DNA of 63,992 nucleotides, the filler included, from Tortispora ganteri (taxonomy: Eukaryota): the NCBI GenBank assembly GCA_003707115.1. It is 8 parts of 8 records of this genome, joined end to end, with 100 filler letters (N's around TTAATTAATTAA, not from the genome) between each part and the next. Parts side by side here need not be neighbours in the genome. Positions count along the whole stretch, not along the records: positions 10,759 to 20,670 come from PPNB01000052.1; positions 20,771 to 30,155 come from PPNB01000053.1; 6 more parts are not named here. One strand, written 5' to 3'. The notes beneath the pieces are model-generated. The model did no database searches. It had not been told where the DNA came from and worked only from the letters and a program-made list of their open reading frames with translations. Every line of letters begins with the position of its first letter. The first letter of the stretch is position 1. A program made the position numbers and the translations under genes. Below, piece after piece: positions 11,141 to 21,706 of this stretch.

Positions 11141-12957
11141 AAAGAGCGATTGACGGCAAGAAGCGGCGCACAGAGCCTCTTTTAAATCTTAGCAGAACCC
11201 ATATAAAGCTTATTGCCGTCTTCAATGAAAACTTATCATTGTCTTATTCGGCCTAGCTTTATTGACATTCTTCTAGTGGCCGAATCATGTCACAATGCCT
11301 AAGTTTAAAGTTGACCTTGATTGGTTGTTGCGTATTTAGAGTTACTGCACTTCACGCTAACGACTTTTAGCCTCAAACTCGTGCGCTCGATATGCCGCAG
11401 AATGTAACTGGAAAAAATGTGCATGTACCGTCCAGCAACTTGCAGCGTAATCGATACTGGTTTATTCCGAAAAAGCAAATCCATTGTAGATCGTTATGTC
11501 ATGGAAGGTATTGATCAGTCATTGATGTGCGCCGGCTGTTGGCAAGTAGGAGGAGTTTCCCACATAACTTAAACCCTTTTTAAAACTAAGCTCTGCTCAA
11601 TAAGTATGTAGGTTTTATGCACGTTCAAGGTTTAGATCATTTAATTAATCTGAAAACGGACATGCTTGAGGTTGCAGTAATTAAGTAATTCTACAAATAC
11701 TGCTCTCTTCGGTCCTATCGGAGCGCTTATTTCTATTAAAGTAAGTGTTAATAGCTCTAAAGCCACGTTCTATCTTGCTGTAAGTCTCTAAGTAATTCCA
11801 AATTGCACACTCACATAATTTTTCATTGATGACATTAATCGTTGGGGGGGACTCTTTCTCCTGATCATACATGATCACTCTTATTTCATAGACGCTCTGC
11901 ATCATTGATCTCTTCAGTCTCTTCGGTCTGGGAAACCAACACCAAAAATATAACTCGCAATCCAATTGCGGTAACTAGCCTGACTGATGGCTGGATGTTC
12001 TCAGATTTAAGATATTTTAGCACTGCACTCATTTCTTGGCCAATTGGTACACTTAGCTCAAAACTTCATTAAGAGAAAAGATTGTAAGAGAAACTCTGTT
12101 GCACTTGCTTGTTCTTCAAGTAACGCAATTGCACTGCTTTGCAGTTTTCTGCTTTCGATACGCCATTGTACCCATCTTCGATTCCAAGCTTATCATCCTG
12201 CATAATCCCGCGTGCTATACAGTTGCCATACTGCGAGATTATAGACAGTTAATGAAATCCTCAACTTTGTCTTAGATAGATACGCAAATAACAAGGTTCA
12301 TAGATTTCGTTGCGCGGTAGAATCTACCGAAAGGCAAAAATAGAAAACCTTATCTACCGTTAAACCAACTGTAATGGTATTTGTCATGTGCCACTAACTG
12401 CCTAATTTATGATGCACCCTGCATTCCGTTCAGTCGTTTCAGCAACAAAGTATACAATGTGCTAGACTCTGCTTCAATGATTTATTGGTCCACGGGCATT
12501 GCTGCCATGCTGCAATTTGCAGTTTGCAATACAGCTGCGGTTATCGCACTAGTCTTCTGTCGCTCATTTAATTAAATGTAAAGTTCATCTAGCATTTGTT
12601 GTTCAGCAGGCTTTCCAGATACCGCACTTTTAGTATCGATAGTTTTGACATTTCGCGTAGACAATGCCTGCTCATTTACATTCAGTCAAACATGCATCAA
12701 TAATAGGGGGGCCGGTGTTTTTTATATACTGTATTTCCATTTCGGATGTCACGTGACTTGTGCTTTATTTCCTTTTCGGGACATTACGTGCTTTATGTTT
12801 ATTCCCATCTTGTTTGTCCCAATAGGGAAATTTGCTAAACTCTATCTTATTCATCTAATCTCCGCTATCGCCGAGATCAGTTTCCATTCCCCTTCCACTC
12901 TCTCTCTCCCTCTCTCCCCGCTCCTTGAAACGATCAATTTATAACTACAAATATAAA
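11141..12957 (-). repeat. Conserved intergenic cassette of the adhesin-like tandem unit (copy 1)
   Basis: Homologous to 15115-17008, to about 55200-56829 (inverted) and to 63272-63992 (inverted). Confidence 0.85.
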
Positions 12958-15114
12958 CTAGATACGATCTTTGAAACTAATAAGTAGAAATTGCGGGAGT
13001 TCATTGTAGAACACAAATCGCAACGGCGTCCACCCGTCCGACAATGACCGACCAATATTCCACACAAGCCCTGACTCGAATGGGTGCGCGACTTTCCATC
13101 CACCGCTTCCGATTGCCTCTATGTCCCCGCACCTCATCCCGTTTTCCCCAACGAACAGATACCCTAAGTATGGATCGGACCCAGAGACAGTATTTAATGT
13201 GATCGGCCCGGAAACATATATAAGAAGTTCCGTCACTACATAGAGCCTAACTTCAAATTCATATATGATTTGTTCAGGGTCATACGCAATTCTCACACCA
13301 ACGCTGCTGGGAATCCCCACCCGGTACTTCCCTTCCGCTATATCCGGTTCATTGTACTGTGTAAGATTCACCGCCCACTCTCGCCCCGGCAGCTTCTGTG
13401 AAGGTTCGCACTGGCAAGCGTTTGACATCACTCCGCAGCTACTGCTACTGGACACGCTAGAACTCCACTTAGCTGAGCTGGATACGCTCCAACCAACACT
13501 CGAACTCAAACTAGAACTAGAACTGGAACTAGAAATAGAACTAGAACTAGAACTAGAACTAGAACTAGAACTAGAACTAGAACTAGAACTAGAACTCAAA
13601 CTGGAACTAGAACTAGAACTAGAACTCAAACTGGAACTAGAACTCAGACTAGAACTAGAACTCAAACTGGAACTAGAACTCAGACTAGAACTAGAACTCA
13701 GACTAGAACTAGAACTCAGACTAGAACTAGAACTCAGACTAGAACTAGAACTCAGACTAGAACTAGAACTCAGACTAGAACTAGAACTCAGACTAGAACT
13801 GGAACTCGGACTAGAACTGGAACTCAGACTAGAACTAGGACTGGAAGTAGAAATAGAACTAGAACTCAAACTAGAACTCAAACTAGAACTAGAACTAGAA
13901 CTAGAACTAGAACTAGAACTCAGACTAGAACTAGAACTCAGACTAGAACTAGAACTCAGACTAGAACTAGAACTCAGACTAGAACTGGAACTCAGACTAG
14001 AACTAGGACTGGAAGTAGAAATAGAACTAGAACTCAAACTAGAACTAGAACTAGAACTAGAACTCAGACTAGAACTAGAACTCAGACTAGAACTAGAACT
14101 CAGACTAGAACTATATGAGGAAATAGGATCAACTGGCTCCGGTGATCCACTTGCAGAACCATATACTGAAATAGCTATTGTCTCGCCGCTAATGGTAGTG
14201 AACATGACACTCACTGTCACAGAGACCCCGCCCTGCCGCTTGAATTGACCCGCCGATCCAAAGCCCGCAACAGGAATCACTATACGGATTGGGAACAAAT
14301 ACCCACCGGCAAAATCGACGGGAAAACTTGCCTTGAACCCATTCGAACTGTCTAGAGGGACAGTGGCAGAAGAGCCAGAAGAGCCAATAAGGTCCATGTT
14401 ATCGCACCGCATAGCCAATTCGCCATCAAAGAGGTACGCGTAAGTATCTGCAAAGTTACTAGGATCCTGTGCCTGTACATCTACAAACGCAACGTCGGCT
14501 GATGATTCAAGGTAGAAAAGGTACTCGACATAGCCCTGTTCGGATACCGATGCCGATATAGAGTTTGACGAGACAGTAGCGGCCATATTGTCTCGCTGGT
14601 AGTTCCTGTATTCACCGTTCTGGATATCGCTCGACGAGAAGTCTACTGCGCCCTCATATATAGCGGCAAATACTTTGCCTGAGCTGTAAGCAGGAGTAGT
14701 TGAGCATGCATCTGCAGGCACAGTCGTAGGGACAGTCGCGGTAGCTGTAGCGGGGTGTGTAGGCGGAGGCGTAGGTGCTATAGTCTCCGTGATAATTACT
14801 GGAATCTCAATGGAGACGTGCACGTCAACCGATACAGACATAGACACAGACTCGTAGTATGACCAGACGTAGGTGCAGTCATCTTTAACTAGCGGCGGAC
14901 TAGGTATATAGGTGACCGTAGCAGGTGTGCATTGGTTGCAGTACCAGCCTGAAACCGTAGACACGTGGGGCGCACATTGGTCATCGTAGACGGTCGCACG
15001 TGTAGCAGCAGACTCAGAAGTGTACAGGCGCCCGTAGACAGTAGAAATTTCAACAGGTGGGCTGCAAACGAGCGTGTTCGTTTCTACTATAGTACTGTAT
15101 ATTGTCTGTACCAT
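12958..15114 (-). CDS. Adhesin-like family member C (complete, 718 aa, two PA14/GLEYA-like domains around a poly-Ser stalk)
   Basis: ATG to stop with no break. N domain ...GEYR...EYLFY...YLFDGELAMRC...YLFPIRIV; C domain ...GKYR...ELLIYV...YLFVGENGMRC...WTPLRFV. Confidence 0.85.
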   Translation of the reverse strand: MVQTIYSTIVETNTLVCSPPVEISTVYGRLYTSESAATRATVYDDQCAPHVSTVSGWYCNQCTPATVTYIPSPPLVKDDCTYVWSYYESVSMSVSVDVHVSIEIPVIITETIAPTPPPTHPATATATVPTTVPADACSTTPAYSSGKVFAAIYEGAVDFSSSDIQNGEYRNYQRDNMAATVSSNSISASVSEQGYVEYLFYLESSADVAFVDVQAQDPSNFADTYAYLFDGELAMRCDNMDLIGSSGSSATVPLDSSNGFKASFPVDFAGGYLFPIRIVIPVAGFGSAGQFKRQGGVSVTVSVMFTTISGETIAISVYGSASGSPEPVDPISSYSSSLSSSSSLSSSSSLSSSSSSSSSLSSSSISTSSPSSSLSSSSSLSSSSSLSSSSSLSSSSSLSSSSSSSSSSSSSLSSSLSSSSISTSSPSSSLSSSSSPSSSSSLSSSSSLSSSSSLSSSSSLSSSSSLSSSSSLSSSSSLSSSSSLSSSSSLSSSSSLSSSSSSSSSLSSSSSSSSSSSSSSSSSSSSISSSSSSSSLSSSVGWSVSSSAKWSSSVSSSSSCGVMSNACQCEPSQKLPGREWAVNLTQYNEPDIAEGKYRVGIPSSVGVRIAYDPEQIIYEFEVRLYVVTELLIYVSGPITLNTVSGSDPYLGYLFVGENGMRCGDIEAIGSGGWKVAHPFESGLVWNIGRSLSDGWTPLRFVFYNELPQFLLISFKDRI
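13500..14110 (-). repeat. Coding (TCTAGT)n / 18-bp SSSSSL repeat
   Basis: Plus strand reads (ACTAGA)n with CTCAGA/CTCAAA variants. Confidence 0.95.
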
Positions 15115-17008
15115 AAAGAGCGATTGACGGCAAGAAGCGGCGCACAGAGCCTCTTTTAAATCTTAGCAGAACCCATATAAAGCTTATTGCCGTCTTCAAT
15201 GAAAACTTATCATTGTCTTATTCGGCCTAGCTTTATTGACATTCTTCTAGTGGCCGAATCATGTCACAATGTCTAAGTTTAAAGTTGACCTTGATTGGTT
15301 GCTGCGTATTTAGAGTTATTAGCATTGAGGCTAAAACACTTCAGCCTCAAACTCGTGCGCTCGATATGCCGCAGAATGTAACTAGAAACAATGTGCATGT
15401 ACCATCCAGCAACTTGCAGCGTAATCGATACTGGTTTATTCTGAAAAAGCAAATCTATTGTAGATCGTTATGCCGTGGAAGGTATTGATCATTGATCAGT
15501 CAATGATGTGCACTGGCCGTTGGCAAGTAAGGAGGAGTTTTTCATAACTTAAGTAAAGATCAAACTAAGCTCTGCTCAATAAGTATGTAGGTTTTATGCA
15601 CGTTCAAGGTTTAGATCATTTAATCAATCTGAAAACGGACATGCTTGAGGTTGCAGTAATTAAGTAATTCTACAAATACTGCTCTCTTCGGTCCTATAGG
15701 AGCGCTTATTTCTATTAAAGTAAGTGTTAATAGCTATAAAGCCACGTCCTATCTGGCTGTAGTTCTCTAAGTAACTCCAAATCGCACAATCACATAATTG
15801 TTCATTGATGAGATTAATCGTTAAAGGGGGCTTTTTCCACTGATAATATGCGAACAATATTACTCCATGGCTGCTCTACATTCTTGGTCGGTCTATTCCC
15901 ACTGCATAGCTTGCAGTCTAATTGCGGTAAACTAGCCTGATACTCGGGTGTTCTAAGATTCAAGGGAATTACCACTGCGCAAACTTCTTGGCCAATTGGT
16001 AAACTTAGCTCAAATTTTGTTAGGGAAAAATACTGTAAAAGAGAATCTGTTGCACTTGCTTGTTCTTGCATGTTCTTCGTGTAACGCAATCGCACCGCTT
16101 TGCAGTTTTCTGCTTTCGATAACCTACTTACATAGTTGCTCGTCCTCAAGTTTAGGCTTGCCATCCTGCATAGACCTTCATATTATACGGGACCGTGCTG
16201 CTAGATTATGAAAAGTTAATAAAATCCTCTACATTCTTCTAGTGGGATACGCCATTATCAAAGTTTATAGATATCATTTGTGCTCTGAAATCTGCCGAAG
16301 CGAGCACAAAAATAAACTTTAATTTCTACTCGTAATAATTCGACCGGCTTTTCAGATACCTGCATGTTTCAGTGTCGATCTTTCTGCAAATTCACAACGA
16401 CAATCACTCCCCGGCTCATCTGCTTTATGTCGAATATGCATCAATAAATAAACGTTATAATATTTGCACGCATACCATGTCCTGTAAATAAGATCTTTAC
16501 ATTGAGTGCCGTGAAATTTTAGAACCTATTCCACGCGGCCAACAGTTTGTCTTGGTCCATCACAACATGTGGAAGGAGTGGCGGGGGTTTTATAATGTAA
16601 ACCTTATTTGAATGTATCACGTGACTTGTGTGCAGGAGTTTTATAATCCTTAATCCTATTTCACGTTTACTTTCCCAACCGGGTAATTTACATAACTCTA
16701 TATTATCTTATATAATCTCCGCTATCGCCGATATTATTTCCCACTTTCATTTAAATTTACACATTCCTCTTGACCTCCCTCTATTTTTATATTCTTCCTC
16801 TCCTCGTCACTGAAGGAGAAACCCCTTAGTTCTTTCTTTCTTTGTTTGTTTCTTTGTTTCTTTCTCTTACCCTTCCTCTCTCTTCCCCATGCCCCCATAT
16901 TATCATTCCCAATCCTTGGAATTCCCAATAAAACCACTCATCAAAATACTCCCCACCCAAAACGGGGTTAAAATTATCAATTATAACTGCAAAAATAAAA
17001 TAGACGAG
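15115..17008 (-). repeat. Conserved intergenic cassette (copy 2)
   Basis: First ~150 bp essentially identical to 11141-11290; similarity declines distally but key motifs are kept. Confidence 0.8.
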
Positions 17009-20000
17009 CTACTGGAAATTAATGTTGAAGTAGGAATACTGCTCAGTGTAAAACACAAATCGCAGCGGCGTCCATCCATCGTTCAACACCTGGAATATAT
17101 ACCAATCGTCACCATAGCCCCTAATACGCGAATGTCCCCATCCACTACTTCCAATAGTCTCTATCTGTCCGCACGTCATCGCCCCTTCCCCGCCGTACAC
17201 ATACGCTATGTACGAAGATGCCCATGCGTCGACTGAATATATCTCGCTCCATTCGCGAACATATATCAGCACCTCTGCCACTGTGAAGGCAACAGGTTCG
17301 AAAGATATCTGGACATGAGATATTGACACGTCAAATTCGCTGTAATTCCCTAGCCGGTACTCCCCGTTAGCCACCTGCGTTTCATTGTACTGCTCAAGAT
17401 CCACCTCCCACCTTCGCGCCATCAGCGTCTGCGACGGTTCGCACTGGCAGGCGTACGACACCACGACGCAGCTGGCGCTACTAGAGACGGCAGAACTCGA
17501 CTGAACCGAGCGCGAAGCGCTCAAAGCCAAATTCGAACTAATAATTGAGCTGACAAATGAAAATGTTAAGACATTTGAGTTGCTGTAGATCGACGTTGGC
17601 AAGACGCTCGAGTTGCTGTAGAACGACGTCGGTAAGGCGCTCGAGTTACTGTAGATCGATGATGGCAATACGCTCGAGTTGCTGTGAATCGACGTGGGTA
17701 AGACGCTCGAGTTGCTGTAGATCGATGATGGCAAGACGCTCGAGTTACTGTAGATCGATGATGGCAATACGCTCGAGTTGCTGTAGATCGATGTTGATAA
17801 CACACTAGAGTTGCTGTAGACCGATGAAGAGGACAGAATACTAGAGTTGCTGTAGGTCGATGTTGGTAAAGCACTCGAGTTGTTGTAGATCGGCAAAGCG
17901 CTCGAGTTGCTGTAGATCAATGTCGGTAAGACGCTTGAGTTGCTAAACACCGATGAAGAAAACAGAATGCTTGATACGTCAGACGAAGTAACCGGTAAAG
18001 CACTTGAATTGCTGTAGACTGAAGTCGGTAAGATGCTCCAGTTGCTTAATACCAATGAAGCTGGCACAACACTTGAATTGCTTATGATCGTCGAAGACGC
18101 AAGAACGCTCGAGCTAGCAACTGAACTACTTGGCAACATGCTTGAATTACCAAATGCAGAAGTTGACATGACCGCACTCGAGAAGCTTATGAAAGAGGTC
18201 GACACCAGACTTGAGTTGCTGATTATTGCAGAAGATGCCAAACCACTCGAGGGACTAGGTGACAAACTTTGAGCGGCACTCGAGTTAGGCAATATCGAAG
18301 ACAGAGATCCGGCACTAGATATTCCAGCACTTGACGAAGGCGTCAAACCACTAGAGCTGCCTATAGTTGATGAAGAAAATAAAACGCTGGACAAACCTAT
18401 AATCGATGAAGAGGGAAAAACACTATAATCAGAAATGGCGCTTGATCCATGAGCAAAACTCGATTCAGAAATAATATGACTAGTGCTGGAATTACCATAT
18501 GAGCTCCAGCCAATACTGGAACTTAGTGCATTAGTTGAAGCAGTAGAAAGAACTGAGCCGGATGTAACATTAAAACTTGTAGTCAAGCTCGAAGATCCGG
18601 GGCCTACTGATGAGCCTGATACATCACTAGAGCCGGGTACAGCCGAAGATCCTGATACAGCAGTAGAGCTGGGTACAACACTAGAGCCGGGTACAGCCGA
18701 AGATCCTGACGCAGACGAAGATCCTGATACAACACTAGAGCCTGGAGTAGCTGAAGATCCTGAAGCAACTGAGGAGCTAGAAGCAGCTGAGGATCCAGGC
18801 GCAGCGCCTGAAGCAGAAGTGAGTTGACTAGTGCTAGAGTTTCCATATGAGCTCCAACCTAAACTAGATTTCGGTGCACCGCTGGAGGCAGATGAAATTG
18901 CAGGAGAAGATAACTCGGAGGCAACAGAGGATCCTGATGCAAGGGAGCTAGGTGCAAATGAAGACTCGGAGGCAACAGAGGATACTGATGCAAGGGAGTT
19001 AGGTGCAAATGAAGACTCGGAGGCAACAGAGGATCCTGAGCCAACGGAACTGGGTGCAGCAGAGGATTCTGAAACAATCGAGCTGGGAGCAATTGATGAC
19101 TCTGAGGCGATCGAGCTAGCCGCAACTGAAGATCCTGAGCCAAAGGAACTGGGTGCAACAGAGGATTCTGAAACAATCGAGCTGGGAGCAATTGATGACT
19201 CTGAGGCGATCGAGCTAGCCGCAACTGAAGACCTTGAGGCATCGGAACTAGGTGCAATAGAGGATCCTGAAACAATCGAGCTAGACGCAATTGACGACTC
19301 GGAGGCGATAGAGGATTCTGAGGCGTCGGAGCTAGGTGCAAATGACGACTCAGAGGCGATCGAGCTAGGCGCAACTGAAGATCCTGATGCAATGGAACTA
19401 GGTGCAACAGAGGATCCTGCAACAATCGAGCTAGACGCAAATGACGACTCGGAGGCAACAGAGGATCCTGATGCAAGGGAGCTAGGTGCAACAGAGGATC
19501 CCGAGACAATCGAGCTAGGCGCAACTGATGACTCGGAGGCAACGGAACTGGGTGCAGCAGAGGATTCTGAAACAATCGAGCTGGGAGCAATTGATGACTT
19601 TGAGGCGATCGAGCTAGCCGCAACTGAAGACCTTGAGGCATCGGAACTAGGTGCAATAGAGGATCCTGAAACAATCGAGCTAGACGCAAATGACGACTCG
19701 GAGGCAACAGAGGATCCCGAGACAATCGAGCTAGGCGCAACTGATGACTCGGAGGCAATCGAGCTAGGAGCAACTGACGATCCCGAAAAAACACTTGATA
19801 CAGATAGAATCGATAAGGTAGAAGTCAATGAAGGAATAGGGTTAATCGGCTCAGGTGATGCACTTGTAGAAGCAGACACAGATATGGATATTCTCTCGCC
19901 GCTGGTAGTAGTGAACACGATAGTCACGGTCAGGGAAACTCCGGCTTGACGCTTGAATCGAGCCGCCGATCCAAAGGCCGCAACAGGAATGACTATACGT

Positions 20001-20670
20001 ATTGGATAGAAGTGTCCAGCAGCAAAGTCGACGGGAAAACTAGCTTTGAAGCCATTTGAACTAGCCAGTGGGGCAGTGGCAGAAGAGCCAGAAGAGCCAA
20101 TAAGGTCCATGTTATCGCACCGCATAGCCAATTCGCCATCAAAGAGGTACGCGTAAGTATCTGCAAGATTACTAGGATCCTGTGCTTGTACATCTGCAAA
20201 CGCAATGTCGGCTGAGGGTTCAAGGTAAAACAGGTACTCGACGTAGCCTTGTCCGGATACGGATGCCGATATAGAGTCTGACGAGACAGTGGCGGCCACG
20301 TCGTCTCGCTGGTAGTTCCTGTAGTCACCGTTCTGGATATCGCTGGGTGACAAGTCTACTGCACCCTCGTATATAGCGGCAAATGCTTGGCCTGCGCTGT
20401 AGGCAGGTGCGGTTGAGCATGCGTCTGCAGGCACAGTAGTGGGCACAGTCGTAGGGACAGTCGCGGTAGCTGTAGCGGGGTGAGTAGGCGGAGGCGTAGG
20501 TGCTATAGTCTCCGTGATAATGACTGGAATCTCAATAGAGACGTGCACGTCAACCGACACGGACATGGACACGGACTCGTAGTATGACCAGACGTACGTA
20601 CAGTCGTCTTTGACGAGCGGCGGACTAGGTACATAGGTCACCGTAGCGGGTGTACACTGGTTGCAGTACC
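17009..20670 (-). CDS. Adhesin-like family member D (>1210 aa), 5'-truncated by gap
   Basis: Open from the contig end within YCNQCTP. N domain as in member C, long composite Ser stalk, C domain CVVVSYACQCEPSQ...WTPLRFVFY, stop at 17009. Confidence 0.85.
17575..17960 (-). repeat. 33-bp coding minisatellite SIYSNSSVLPT
   Basis: 11-aa units each carrying an NSS sequon. Confidence 0.85.
18910..19790 (-). repeat. 33-bp coding minisatellite SS(I/V)APSSIASE-like
   Basis: Repeated 11-aa units with higher-order duplication. Confidence 0.85.
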
Positions 20671-20770
20671 NNNNNNNNNNNNNNNNNNNNNNNNNNNNNN
20701 NNNNNNNNNNNNNNTTAATTAATTAANNNNNNNNNNNNNNNNNNNNNNNNNNNNNNNNNNNNNNNNNNNN
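20671..20770. other. Assembly gap linker
   Basis: N44-TTAATTAATTAA-N44. Confidence 0.97.
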
Positions 20771-20772
20771 CT

Positions 20773-21063
20773 AAACTCGATACGCACATTTCTTTGCAAG
20801 CAAGAAACCTGCTCGGTTATCTGGCCCAGCTGAAGGGTGTCAAGGACCTATACTTCGTGATCTGCCGCAAAGGCATTGATGGGTCTATGCTGGAGTTTCA
20901 GGCAGACATGATCGAAGATCAGCAGTACGGCCCATCTCTGGCACAATTCCTACAAAGGATACACCAGAGTGTCGGAAGGAATTTAGCAAACAAAGGTGGA
21001 TTCAGTCTTCCGGATGTTGACCTCACTACTCTCGCCAAGGGCCTCGGTCAGGGAGGATGGTAG
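20773..21063 (+). CDS. 3' end of Sec24-family COPII coat protein (Sfb3/Lst1-like), 5'-truncated
   Basis: KLDTHISLQARNLL...ICRKGIDG..LEF..DMIED...PS..QFL.RIH resembles the C-terminus of fungal Sec24/Lst1 proteins (recognised from memory). Confidence 0.65.
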   Translation, partial: KLDTHISLQARNLLGYLAQLKGVKDLYFVICRKGIDGSMLEFQADMIEDQQYGPSLAQFLQRIHQSVGRNLANKGGFSLPDVDLTTLAKGLGQGGW

Positions 21064-21097
21064 AGTGGAAGCGATGTTATAAGTAAATATAGTCATC

Positions 21098-21523
21098 TCA
21101 AGCGTGACCAATCCATTGACGCTCTCCACTAGAGAGTTCTTCGCCTTTCCAGATAGCTACATTGGCTTTCAGTTCGTTAATGAGCCATTCACAGGCTTCA
21201 AATGCCGCTTTCCGGTGCGGAGTGCTCACGGCAACACCTACACTGTCACATGTCACTGGCACATTTCCCAGTCTGTGCGCGATTGCGATTTTGCGTACAG
21301 GCCATTTTTCGCGTGCTTTATTTGCGAGTTCTTGCAATTGACGCAATGCCAGCTTCTCGTACGCCTCATATGACAATTGCACTACTTCCTCACCATTCAT
21401 GCTGCTGCCCCTCGTCGTGCCTCCGAAGTACACTATCGCCCCACACTCTGGGTGTCTTACAAAGTCATATAAATGTGAAGGAGATATTGGTTCAGCCGTG
21501 ATCATCATAAGATCCTTGTCCAT
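21098..21523 (-). CDS. MOCS2: Molybdopterin synthase catalytic subunit (MoaE/MOCS2B/CnxH)
   Basis: 141 aa. GAIVYFGGTTR, LSYEAY, IAIAHRLG, AVSTPHRKAAF, LKANVAIWKGE. Confidence 0.9.
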   Translation of the reverse strand: MDKDLMMITAEPISPSHLYDFVRHPECGAIVYFGGTTRGSSMNGEEVVQLSYEAYEKLALRQLQELANKAREKWPVRKIAIAHRLGNVPVTCDSVGVAVSTPHRKAAFEACEWLINELKANVAIWKGEELSSGERQWIGHA

Positions 21524-21706
21524 GGCGAGAAAAAAAAAGGCTCTAAATGCAAAAAATATAGGTGTATTGGCGAATTATAAGTCGTCGGTGGCTCGATCAT
21601 ATAAGGTTTGTATTATCTCATATGAGTCTATGATTGGTCAATTCAAGCATATCGGGCTACAAGCTACGGACTTTACTTCTAGAGCCAAAAATACATGTCA
21701 TATCTC

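Noticed and set aside
11141..12957. Cassette as an LTR or transposon
   Set aside because: No terminal repeats, target duplication or transposase/RT seen; it always sits in the same position relative to family genes.
9017..14248. (EL)n and (LA)n ORFs at 9013, 9017 and 13265, also 57843 and 18831
   Set aside because: Alternative frames of Ser-coding repeats; confined to the repeats and their immediate flanks.
11681..16211. Small ORFs in the conserved intergenic cassette (11681-11965, 15261-15488, 15660-15857, 15814-16164)
   Set aside because: Frames and lengths are not preserved among cassette copies despite DNA similarity.
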